From: Candidatus Binatia bacterium | Lineage (GTDB): Bacteria > Desulfobacterota > Binatia > Bin18 | Direction: 5' to 3' | DNA length: 64,000 bases | Assembly (NCBI GenBank): GCA_951812575.1 | Contig: OX638322.1 | Location: 1,237,925-1,301,924, forward strand | Shown here: positions 35,204-43,996 of the stretch, piece after piece | Layout: every line of letters starts with the position of its first letter | Numbering within the stretch: the first letter of the stretch is position 1 | Notes under the pieces: generated by a model | Told to the model about the DNA's origin: nothing | Seen by the model: the letters and a program-made list of their open reading frames with translations, nothing else | The model's database searches: none | Made by a program: the position numbers and the translations under genes

Positions 35204-38107
35204 TTAATCTTGTCCGCCCCGCTCCAGCAACGTGAACAGCTCATCGACCATCGCCGTCACCCGCTCAAGCTCCTCTGTCTCCGCGAGAATGGCAAAGGTG
35301 ACCTCCTGGCGCAGTTCGCGGAGCGCACTCTCGCTTTGTTTCCAATTCGGAAAGTCAGAGAAGGCTTGACGAATGGTGCGGCTGACCGCCTCCGCATTGT
35401 CGATCCCGGCATCCGACAGACTCCGATACACGAAATACGTCAGCCCATCAAAGGACTTCTCCGTCTGTTCCTTTTTGCGCGCTTCGTTTTTGTCAACTTC
35501 CTTGAGGAGAGCTTCCAGGGCCTCGGCAGTGCTGGCCTGGCGGCTTTCAAAACTTTCCTGTACGGCCCGGGCGCGCTCGGCCATGGCGATCAGATACGGA
35601 TCGTCGCTGCCTTCCTCCGCCACCTTCTCAATGCTTTTGATCAAGTTGATGACCTGGGTTCCGTCGCTGCCTTGTCGCTTCTTGATGAGCTCAACGGTGT
35701 CCGCATTGATTGCGATGAGTCCTTCGAGCGATTCCACGCCATAGGAACTCACCTGCTCACGGACCAACAGCGCCGTTTTCCTTTGAAACTCCCGGTCGGC
35801 CTGAATCCGTCGTGTGTAAGCCTTGCGCACAACCTGGAAGATTGCGCTTAATGTTCCATACGTTTCCATGAACGGCCGCAGGAAGGCATCCGGCGAGATG
35901 ATCTCATACAGCATCTCGATCTCTTTGTATTCCCGAAAGAACTCTTTCCGCCGCTCAGGGGCGCGGAAGTGCTCAATCAGGATATCGACATCTTGGTCGT
36001 TAAAGGCGTGCTCGATAAGGCCGAGGTATTCCGGCGCTTTCTGCTGCATCTTGTTTTTGAAGAGGACCTTCAGGAGTGTGAGGTCTTTGACGATGGCGTT
36101 GATCTCATCGCTGTCGAAGGCGAGCGCCTTTTCGAGTTTGTCGAAGATACCGACGAAATCGAGGACAAAGCCGTGAGGTTTCACCATCCCCCGCGCCTCG
36201 TTTTCGTAGGGGCGGTTCACCCGGGCGATGGCCTGGAGCAGGGTGTGGTCGCGCATCGGCTTATCGAGATACATGGCGTAGAGCAGCGGCGCGTCAAAGC
36301 CGGTCAGCAGTTTCTCGGTCACGATGAGGATTTTCGGGTTCTGGTCGCGCTTGCCGAAGCGCTTGCGAATTTGCCGCTCCTGCTTCGGGTCAAGGTGAAA
36401 TTTCTTCAGCAACGCGGAGTCGTTGTTGTTCTTGGTGTAAACGACCTCGGAATACTCGGGCGGGAGGAATTCGTCGAGGGCGTGTTTGTAGTAGGCGCAG
36501 GCTTCGCGGTCGACGCCGACGAGGAAAGCCTTGTAACCGAGCGGTTCGACGTTCTCCACGTAGTGTGTGGCCACATACTGCGCCACCTGCGTGATCCGCT
36601 CCTGACTCTTGAGGAAGTTCTTCAAATGAACCGCACGCTCCAGAATCTTGTTGAGTTCTTCAATATCCGCCACCCCCTCGGCCTCGGCCAGGGAGAGAAA
36701 CTCCGCGTCCAGGGTCTCGTGCGGGACGAGCATCTTGTTGGGGGCGAGTTGGTAATAGAGCGGGAGCGTGGTGCCGTCCTCAATGCTGTCGGCAATGGAA
36801 TACTTGTGCAGATAGCCTTGGTCATCCTCGCAGCCGAAGGTCTTGAAGGTGCCCTTGCCATAGGCGGTCTTGTCCACTGGGGTGCCGGTGAAACCGAGAT
36901 AGGTGGCGTTTGGCAGACCGGCCATGAGAAAGTTGCCGAGATCGCCGCCGGTGGTGCGGTGGGCTTCGTCGATGAGGACGTAGATGTTCGAGCGGGTATT
37001 GAGGTCCGCCGGCATGCCGCGGAACTTGTGGATCATCGTGACGATGATGCCCCGATAGTCGTCCTTCAGTAACTGGTTGAGCCGCTCTATGCTGTCGGCG
37101 TGTTCCAGGTTGCCCAAGCCGAGTGCGGCCAGGTTCTTGAGCATCTGGTCTTCCAATTCGTTGCGGTCAATCATGAGGAGGACGGTCGGCTTGTCGGCCT
37201 CGGGCGCGCGGAAAAGTCGCTCTGCCGCTTTGATCATGGTGAAGGTCTTGCCGCTGCCCTGGGTGTGCCAAACGAGGCCACGGGTCCGGTCGGGGGTTAG
37301 GGCGCGTCCAACCGTGGCGTCCACCGCGCCGGTTTGGTGCTGGCGCAGAATGTATTTGTTCAGCTCCTCATCCTTCTCGGCAAAGATGATGTAGTCCTTC
37401 AGGAAGGCGAGCACCTGGGGGATGGCGCAGAAGCTCTTCACCTTGGCCTCCAGCCTGCCGGCCTCGGCATCCTTCCAGTTGAAGATGTTGCGCCGCACCG
37501 TGTTCCAGGTCGCGCCGTAGGAAAAGCCGATGGCGTCGGTGGCGATAAAGAGTTGCTGGGAAATGAACAGCTCGGGGGTCTCGCGGTGGTAACGGCGGAT
37601 TTGATCCACGCCGAGGGCTATCGCCTCGTCTTTGGTGGCGTTCTTACACTCGATGACCAGCACGGGAATGCCGTTGATAAGAAAGACGACATCCTCCCGC
37701 GTACCATAATGGCCGTTGTGACAAGCCCACTCTTCGGTGACTTCGTACACGTTGCGCGTCGGGTCGTTGTAATCGATCAGGATCAGGTCGCGCTCGCGGT
37801 TCTCCTCGTGGTCAAGGAACTTGCCACGGTTGCGCAGGTGCTCGACGAAGTCCCGGTTGCCGTAGATATCGGTGTGGAAATGTCGTAACTGGCCGAGCAA
37901 GGTGTCCTCGGCCTCGGTATAGCGCGGGTTGAATTCCCGTACTTTGGCGTCAAGCAAATCGTCGAAGAAAAGCGACAAGGGAGGGGAGGCAGGAGTCCTT
38001 CCTCTCCTTTGCTCGGCTTGCTCGCGGGGCACAAACGTCCAACCAATAGCCTCGGCGTATGTGAGGATGCGGGCTTGGACGGTTTTGTGTTCGGTAGGGG
38101 TGGGCAT
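35204..38107 (-). CDS. hsdR: Type I restriction enzyme R subunit
   Basis: N-terminal PD-(D/E)xK (DVVFLINGIPVLVIECK). Helicase motifs HTQGSGKTFTM and VLIDEAHRT. 967 aa. Confidence 0.95.
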   Translation of the reverse strand: MPTPTEHKTVQARILTYAEAIGWTFVPREQAEQRRGRTPASPPLSLFFDDLLDAKVREFNPRYTEAEDTLLGQLRHFHTDIYGNRDFVEHLRNRGKFLDHEENRERDLILIDYNDPTRNVYEVTEEWACHNGHYGTREDVVFLINGIPVLVIECKNATKDEAIALGVDQIRRYHRETPELFISQQLFIATDAIGFSYGATWNTVRRNIFNWKDAEAGRLEAKVKSFCAIPQVLAFLKDYIIFAEKDEELNKYILRQHQTGAVDATVGRALTPDRTRGLVWHTQGSGKTFTMIKAAERLFRAPEADKPTVLLMIDRNELEDQMLKNLAALGLGNLEHADSIERLNQLLKDDYRGIIVTMIHKFRGMPADLNTRSNIYVLIDEAHRTTGGDLGNFLMAGLPNATYLGFTGTPVDKTAYGKGTFKTFGCEDDQGYLHKYSIADSIEDGTTLPLYYQLAPNKMLVPHETLDAEFLSLAEAEGVADIEELNKILERAVHLKNFLKSQERITQVAQYVATHYVENVEPLGYKAFLVGVDREACAYYKHALDEFLPPEYSEVVYTKNNNDSALLKKFHLDPKQERQIRKRFGKRDQNPKILIVTEKLLTGFDAPLLYAMYLDKPMRDHTLLQAIARVNRPYENEARGMVKPHGFVLDFVGIFDKLEKALAFDSDEINAIVKDLTLLKVLFKNKMQQKAPEYLGLIEHAFNDQDVDILIEHFRAPERRKEFFREYKEIEMLYEIISPDAFLRPFMETYGTLSAIFQVVRKAYTRRIQADREFQRKTALLVREQVSSYGVESLEGLIAINADTVELIKKRQGSDGTQVINLIKSIEKVAEEGSDDPYLIAMAERARAVQESFESRQASTAEALEALLKEVDKNEARKKEQTEKSFDGLTYFVYRSLSDAGIDNAEAVSRTIRQAFSDFPNWKQSESALRELRQEVTFAILAETEELERVTAMVDELFTLLERGGQD

Positions 38108-38119
38108 CTCTTGTCTTTC

Positions 38120-39265
38120 CTACCTTTTCTTGGCGTTCCCAGGACGCTTTGCGGGTAATCCAATGGCCACGCCCAGTTCTTTCGCCGTTGGCAGTTTGCC
38201 TTTCAGTTCCTTCGGCAAGGTTGGCTTCAGCTGATATTCCGCCACTCCGATCGGGTTAACTTTCGACTTCAGCGCGAATTCGACTTCGACATCATCCTTT
38301 TCCGCGCAGAGGATAATCCCGATGGACGGGTTGTCATCAGTCGCCCGTTCCTTTTCATTCAGCACATTCAGATAGAAATCCATCTTGCCGGCGAACTCCG
38401 GCTTAAACTCGCCGATCTTCAGTTCAATGGCGACGAGGCATTTGAGGAAGCGATGATAGAAGAGCAGATCAATGAAGTATTCCTTCTTCCCGGCCACCAC
38501 TCGATGTTGCCTGCCGATGAAACAGAAACCGTAGCCGAGTTCCAGGATGAAATCCTTCAACTGCTCAATCAGCTTGTCTTCCAGCTCCCGTTCCTTAATC
38601 TCCCGACCGATGCCAAGAAATTCCAGGTTGTAGGAACTCTTCAGCGCTTCCTCCGCCTGCTCGGCGAGGTACTCCGGCAGAGCGAGAGGGAAATTGTGTA
38701 CTTTTCCTTCAGCTAGGCTGCGCCCGTAGGCATCCGCTTTGATCTGGTTCAGCAGAACAGCTCTCGTCCAACCAAACTGAGCAGTTGCTCGGAGGTAGTA
38801 AAGTCGTTCTCGTGGCGCCTTCACTTTCTTGGTGATCTCAACAAGGTGCCCCCAAGGCACTGGCGACAGAACTTCTTGAACAAGCTGTTCAAGAATTGCC
38901 GATTCTCCCACGGCCGCTTCCGGGGAATCCAATCGCTGCGACAGAACTTCTTGAACAAGCTGTTCAAGAATTGCCGGGGAACTGTATTCCGAGTAAAACT
39001 GCCGCATAAGCCAGAGGTTATTGGCAGAAACCCCCTTCATCCCTGGAAACTCTGCCCTCAAATCCAAGGACAATTGCTCCACCACCGACTTCCCCCAACC
39101 CAACTCTCCCTGCTTCTCTACGATTCCGCGTCCGATGTCCCAGTAGAGCAGGATCAGGTCGCGGTTCACCGAGCGCGCCGCCGAGATCCGCGCCGACTGA
39201 ATCCGCGATTTTACTTCGCCCAGCCAAGCGGTGTAGTCAGGAGATGGCGTCAGTTTGTCAGGCAT
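38120..39265 (-). CDS. DUF1016/YhcG-like PD-(D/E)xK nuclease-fold protein
   Basis: AARSVNRDLILLYWDIGRGIVEKQ...WG..VVEQLS.DL...FPG.KG.S..NL..MR.FY and a C-terminal IDLLFYHR.L.C.VAIELK. Confidence 0.8.
   Translation of the reverse strand: MPDKLTPSPDYTAWLGEVKSRIQSARISAARSVNRDLILLYWDIGRGIVEKQGELGWGKSVVEQLSLDLRAEFPGMKGVSANNLWLMRQFYSEYSSPAILEQLVQEVLSQRLDSPEAAVGESAILEQLVQEVLSPVPWGHLVEITKKVKAPRERLYYLRATAQFGWTRAVLLNQIKADAYGRSLAEGKVHNFPLALPEYLAEQAEEALKSSYNLEFLGIGREIKERELEDKLIEQLKDFILELGYGFCFIGRQHRVVAGKKEYFIDLLFYHRFLKCLVAIELKIGEFKPEFAGKMDFYLNVLNEKERATDDNPSIGIILCAEKDDVEVEFALKSKVNPIGVAEYQLKPTLPKELKGKLPTAKELGVAIGLPAKRPGNAKKR
38863..38975. repeat. In-frame 75-bp tandem duplication inside the DUF1016 gene
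   Basis: The 38-nt perfect repeat GCGACAGAACTTCTTGAACAAGCTGTTCAAGAATTGCC occurs at 38863-38900 and 38938-38975. In the protein this gives AILEQLVQEVLS twice. Confidence 0.85.
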
Positions 39266-39341
39266 AGTCTTTCACGAAAACAAGCTGCGATGGCGTTCTG
39301 TGGTTGAGGCAAATTCATTCCACTTTGTTGCTGTAATTGAT

Positions 39342-39612
39342 CAGGGTGTTCGACGAATTCCCGGTTGGTGTGGAAATGTCGTAACTGGCCGAGCAAGGTG
39401 TCCTCGGCCTCGGTATAGCGCGGGTTGAATTCCCGCACTTTGGCGTCAAGCAGGTCGTCGAAGAAAAGCGACAAGGGAGGGGAGGGAGGGGAGGCAGGAG
39501 TACCCCTTCTCCGTTGCTCGGCCTGCTCGTGAGGTACAAATGTCCACCCGATGGCCTGGGCGTATGTGAGGATGCGGGCCTGGACGGTTTTGTGCTCGGA
39601 GGGAAGAGGCAT
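39342..39612 (-). pseudogene. hsdR: Remnant of an hsdR 5-prime end (first ~90 codons)
   Basis: MPLPSEHKTVQARILTYAQAIGWTFVPHEQAEQRR...LSLFFDDLLDAKVREFNPRYTEAEDTLLGQLRHFHT parallels the N-terminus of the intact HsdR. It includes a 69-nt run identical to 37871-37939. Homology stops near 39342. Confidence 0.85.
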
Positions 39613-39646
39613 GAGATCTAGTTTGCTTCAGAACCCAAATGGTGAG

Positions 39647-41908
39647 TCATTTCTCTACATCCTCCTCGCGTGCGGGTTCGACAGGAATGACTTGTTCATC
39701 GATTCTATTTGGAACGTCATTTGTGATAATGTTTCCAATGATTCCCAGGACAAGTACCAAAATAATTGAGGACCAAAGCCACGCCCGAAATCGACTTATC
39801 TGCTGAAACGGCCAGAGCTGGTTAAACGCCTCATTTCGTTTCACGCATGCCTCAATAATTAAGTGGAGGAGGACGAAGACGAAAACGCCAATAATGATTT
39901 GAAAGGGAATGGTGCCAATTAATTTTGTCAATAGCTGGACTTTTCCAGCCAGCCAGCCTCCAAATACCGAGATCAAGAGGACACCAGCGAAAAGGAAACT
40001 ATATTTGACGAAAGCACCCTTTTTCGCCTGCTCGATCTTGCTGTCATTGAGTCGATTTGAAATCTCTTCGATCTTCTGATCTTGCTCTTGGAGTTTGGAG
40101 TTCGCCAACGCAATCTCTGTCTTCTCAGCAGCCACACGCGCTTGCAGTTTCTTGATCTCCTTTTCCTTTCCAGCGGACTCAGACATCAAAGTTAGAATCT
40201 GGGAATCCCGAGCTTTGACCTCCGTGTCCAAATTCTCTGCGCGATTCTTTTCTTTCTCGGCTTGAGCCTGTATTTCCTCTACGAGCGCGTCCCGAATCAG
40301 TTTGGCTTCCACGTCTTTGTTCTGTTCGGAACCCAATCGAGCTCGCAGTTCTTCGTTAAGCATGACCTGGCTAATAGATTCCTCAGAGATATGCTCATTT
40401 CCCTCAAACTGGCCAATTCTTTTCAAGATTCGAAGACTTATGCGTTCGGCTTCCGGATCGAAATCCTGAAATAAGAATGGCAGCCGCATGCTGCCGAGGA
40501 TCGCTTCTTCAAACTCTGGTGTCCGGGGAACCCAGAATTGAAGAAGCTGAATTAGTGATGTGGGATGAACGCAGATCGGAACAGAGGCACCCTGGCTTTT
40601 ACGCTTGCGCTCATCGAATCCGATAAATCGAAAATCTAACGTAAGGATCCAGTCTTGGGCGTCGACTGGTGACTCGACGTAGCTCGGCCGATTGTCATTA
40701 ACAAGGTGCCAAAGAACCATGTCGTGCTGAACCATTTCAAATGACTTAGCACGAAGTCCCCTGTCTTTTTCAGATTCTAAAACAGTGTGAATATCATCAA
40801 CTACGTCCTGGCGAACTACGTAATCGTCGAGCTCTTCATTGTATAGCTTGACACCTTTGTCTCGTGCTAAAAGGACAAAGTTATCCAGGTAAGGGTCGAA
40901 CCAATCACCAACTGACAATTCCTCTGACCTGTCAGCCTGCTCATTGAGAAATCTCGCGAGGAGCCCCGAAAATCTGACGTGTGATGCAGCCCCGGCAAAG
41001 TTGGTTCCGGCAGGAAGTCCAGCAAGGCGGTATTTAGCTGATGAGATGGAACGCTTTGCCTCGTCAATCGTTCGCGGCGTCACATAAAGATCAATTTTCA
41101 GATTCGAGTTTAACGAATCAATCAGGTCTTTCAGCTCGGTTGCTGCCGAATTAGAAGGATTATCATGCAGATTCAAAATTGAAAACAGGAAGTTTGTATC
41201 AACAAACACACGGAATCTGATCCTCTTGCCCGCACTGGATCTCAACTTTGTAATCACGCTGTCTGGTAAACCGCTCGCTGCGACACAAAATGTAGCGTGA
41301 AGCGTCCGGCTGATGTATGACCTCACTGCTTCGTTCTTCGGATCAAGAAAGCGCGAGATCAGTTCCAATAACTGGGTTTCAATATTCGAGTCGAATTCCT
41401 CCTGAAACTCGCGAACGAGTTTCTTGTTAACCGTCATTTCTTCACCGGCGATTAGCTTGTAGGCGTTCGCTCCTATTTCGCGAATGAGCGGCGCAAGAAA
41501 GACGGATTCAAATTTGCTCCACGCCTCCTCAGGTGAGAGATCATTACAAAGCTCTTTAACTAGCTCGAAAAAAAATTCTTTTGCGACCCGGCCCGAGTTT
41601 TCTGCAGACGCGATTTCTTCCTCAAAAACAGACTGTTTGCTATCAGGAATGCGAAACTCGTCGTTTGAGAGTCGAATCAGAAAATCCTGTGATTCGAGCA
41701 CTTTTATTACAGACTCGACCTTTGCTACGCTCACGGATAGGGCGAATGCCGATTCCAAGATTGTTCGAATCTTGTCGACTGATGGATTGTTGTCGGCAAG
41801 CCAAACAGAAGCAAGAATCAGACGCTGCATGGCTTTATCCCACCAACCATCTCTATGCAACTCAACGTGGTGGACGATAGCAGCCAACAGTTTGGAAGTG
41901 GAATTCAT
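39647..41908 (-). CDS. PIN-like domain protein with coiled coil and three C-terminal transmembrane helices (unknown function, R-M embedded)
   Basis: RFRVFVDTNFLFSIL, YVTPRTIDEAKR, VQHDMVLWH (PIN-like acidic pattern). Coiled coil at ~590-660. TM helices FLFAGVLLISVFGGWLAG, IPFQIIIGVFVFVLLHLII and LWSSIILVLVLGIIGNII. 13-nt gap to the hsdS stop. Confidence 0.55.
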   Translation of the reverse strand: MNSTSKLLAAIVHHVELHRDGWWDKAMQRLILASVWLADNNPSVDKIRTILESAFALSVSVAKVESVIKVLESQDFLIRLSNDEFRIPDSKQSVFEEEIASAENSGRVAKEFFFELVKELCNDLSPEEAWSKFESVFLAPLIREIGANAYKLIAGEEMTVNKKLVREFQEEFDSNIETQLLELISRFLDPKNEAVRSYISRTLHATFCVAASGLPDSVITKLRSSAGKRIRFRVFVDTNFLFSILNLHDNPSNSAATELKDLIDSLNSNLKIDLYVTPRTIDEAKRSISSAKYRLAGLPAGTNFAGAASHVRFSGLLARFLNEQADRSEELSVGDWFDPYLDNFVLLARDKGVKLYNEELDDYVVRQDVVDDIHTVLESEKDRGLRAKSFEMVQHDMVLWHLVNDNRPSYVESPVDAQDWILTLDFRFIGFDERKRKSQGASVPICVHPTSLIQLLQFWVPRTPEFEEAILGSMRLPFLFQDFDPEAERISLRILKRIGQFEGNEHISEESISQVMLNEELRARLGSEQNKDVEAKLIRDALVEEIQAQAEKEKNRAENLDTEVKARDSQILTLMSESAGKEKEIKKLQARVAAEKTEIALANSKLQEQDQKIEEISNRLNDSKIEQAKKGAFVKYSFLFAGVLLISVFGGWLAGKVQLLTKLIGTIPFQIIIGVFVFVLLHLIIEACVKRNEAFNQLWPFQQISRFRAWLWSSIILVLVLGIIGNIITNDVPNRIDEQVIPVEPAREEDVEK

Positions 41909-41921
41909 GGGTGACGCAATC

Positions 41922-43235
41922 CTAATCCGTTGGCGTGTTAACCCTAGTCTTCGCGGTCATCAGTTCGTGAAGAAGGGTGCGGAAGAGAGATTGAAGAGCA
42001 TCTCTCTTCTCTTGGTGTTTCTGTATCTTCTCTTCCACGCCGTGGATGGCGTTCGCGATCTCGACCTGCTCGTCGTAGGTGGGACTTGGAATCTTTAGTG
42101 CGGAAATCTCGTTCTTGTTGTAGTTGGCCTGATTGACGGCTCTACGAGCGAGCTTTACGAATACGCTTTCCTCCCTGTAGTGATTCATCAAGTGTTTAAG
42201 AAAGTAGTTGTGGGACTTTTTTTCACCAGTGCAGATCCGCAGGATAAACGAGGCAAAGATATACTTCTCATTTTGCGTATGAAAGATGGTGCTTTTCCCG
42301 ATTAGCGGAGGGCTATTGCGCCAGTTGAAGAGGACGTCGCCATCGTTCAGCGTGAGCCGGGTGGCGGTCTTTTCTGGGACTTCAATCCGGCGAATTTTCC
42401 CGTAAAGCAGGTTTCCTTGTTTATCGATATCGGCAGTACTAACGATCTTCACACCATCCGCAGGTGGTGTTTTTGGGATCGCTTGAGAGACACCATAGTC
42501 TATGAACTCAACTGTCTCAATTAGCGGGACCACCTCCCAACTTTCGGGCATGGGACCGATTTCAGTTTGTTTTCGGGGTTCGTTGCGAAGGCCTTCGGTG
42601 AAGAGCTTGTGCATGAGAGTCTTTTTCAGCTCGGTGGTGGCCTGAATGATCCGCTCCTGCGCTTCGATCGCCCGCTGCACCGTCGAAAGGATGTGCGCGA
42701 TCTTCTTCTGCTCGGGGAGCGGAGGTAGCGGAACCGTGATGCGGTAGAAACTCTTTGGATCCACACGTTGACGACTCGGTGTGGAACCAGAGACCAGCGT
42801 TTTCGCGATGGGCATAACGTGGTCGGACCATTCAAGGAAGTAAAGGAAGTCAGGATCGACTCGCTCATCAGGAAGAATGGGAATCCACTCCGTTGATCCA
42901 ATTTGACGAAATTCAGATGACTCGGCAACGCGCCACACTTTTTCCACTCTCGGATTCAGTTTGCCGAAAAGGACTGTCTTTGGTTCCAGAAGTAGCTTGG
43001 AACTCTCTATTGCATCGCCCGCAGTGAGACTTGGGGTCTGACCGCGCTGATAGTCGGGGATGCTGTAATACTCAAACGTCTCGTCGGCGAAGTTCTTTGG
43101 AGTCAGTGTTGGCGCTTTCCGAATGTTAATATCACCAAGAGCGATGATATCCCAATCATCGGGAAGATTTTCGAGAAGTATGCTCATACCCCAATCCTCT
43201 CCGGTCCAATCGGGAGGAAGTTCTTTGTACAACAC
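41922..43235 (-). CDS. hsdS: Type I restriction enzyme specificity subunit
   Basis: Two target-recognition halves separated by the conserved helices PLPPLPEQKKIAHILSTVQRAIEAQERII and IPSPTYDEQVEIANAIHGVEEKIQ. Confidence 0.9.
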   Translation of the reverse strand: MLYKELPPDWTGEDWGMSILLENLPDDWDIIALGDINIRKAPTLTPKNFADETFEYYSIPDYQRGQTPSLTAGDAIESSKLLLEPKTVLFGKLNPRVEKVWRVAESSEFRQIGSTEWIPILPDERVDPDFLYFLEWSDHVMPIAKTLVSGSTPSRQRVDPKSFYRITVPLPPLPEQKKIAHILSTVQRAIEAQERIIQATTELKKTLMHKLFTEGLRNEPRKQTEIGPMPESWEVVPLIETVEFIDYGVSQAIPKTPPADGVKIVSTADIDKQGNLLYGKIRRIEVPEKTATRLTLNDGDVLFNWRNSPPLIGKSTIFHTQNEKYIFASFILRICTGEKKSHNYFLKHLMNHYREESVFVKLARRAVNQANYNKNEISALKIPSPTYDEQVEIANAIHGVEEKIQKHQEKRDALQSLFRTLLHELMTAKTRVNTPTD

Positions 43236-43318
43236 GCCCGTTGCGATGTCGGCCCTATTGTTCCACCCAATCGTTCCCCTCCGAGCGTCGCCCTGTGCCG
43301 CCGACGATGGAGCTATGC

Positions 43319-43996
43319 TCAGCGATTCAAGTTCTCCAATTTACTTACCCATTCGTTGAAGAGCGGGCATGACTCGCGCATTCTATCAATTCCGATTTCC
43401 TGAGCGATGCCGATACCAGTCACGGTCTTCTTGAATCGGTCAGACAAGCCTTCCAACTGCTTGGATGGAGCAGTCTGGGGATTGTCGTTGATCTTCTCCG
43501 GTTCGTCGTCGTATCCAGAAAGAATTTTCTGCACCTCTTCTGGCCGAACATTCAATTTTCGGGCCAGAATTTCGGCATCACTGAAGAGCAGTGCCTCAAA
43601 CTCGAACATCGAAACATAGGGTATGAATCGCCGCTGTGCATATTGATCGCTGAAGAGTTCGTTTACCCGCTTCCGGGTCGCTTCGTTCATCACTCGCGCC
43701 TTCGATGTGTGGCGTCTTTTACGTTTTGACTCCTCGTAGCCGGGCCAATCACCCTTAATACCGAAGTAATCGACAAGCAACGTCAGCCAGGTTTCGTTTC
43801 TTTGCTTGAGATGGCGTTCAATGTCGTTTCTGGCCCGCGAAAAACGAACGTCACCGCCCTTCTGGCCGGGCTTTGTCAGGATAATCGGGGTGATGTAGAC
43901 CTCTGTCCGCGCGAGATAGGGACCTAAAATATCTTGGACAAAGATTCTCTCGGTCGGGCCTTCGACCAGCGCTACCACCTCGGCGGTCCTACTCAT
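43319..43996 (-). CDS. DUF4276-like (Toprim-like) protein
   Basis: MSRTAEVVALVEGPTERIFV (conserved E), LTLLVDYFG, FIPYVSMFEFEALLFSD. Its ATG overlaps the ATPase stop (TATGAGTAG). The ORF-track start 44056 is rejected. Confidence 0.6.
   Translation of the reverse strand: MSRTAEVVALVEGPTERIFVQDILGPYLARTEVYITPIILTKPGQKGGDVRFSRARNDIERHLKQRNETWLTLLVDYFGIKGDWPGYEESKRKRRHTSKARVMNEATRKRVNELFSDQYAQRRFIPYVSMFEFEALLFSDAEILARKLNVRPEEVQKILSGYDDEPEKINDNPQTAPSKQLEGLSDRFKKTVTGIGIAQEIGIDRMRESCPLFNEWVSKLENLNR

Noticed and set aside
35156-37888. Several + strand ORFs (231, 367, 184 aa) opposite hsdR
   Set aside because: Shadow ORFs opposite a gene with clear helicase and nuclease motifs.
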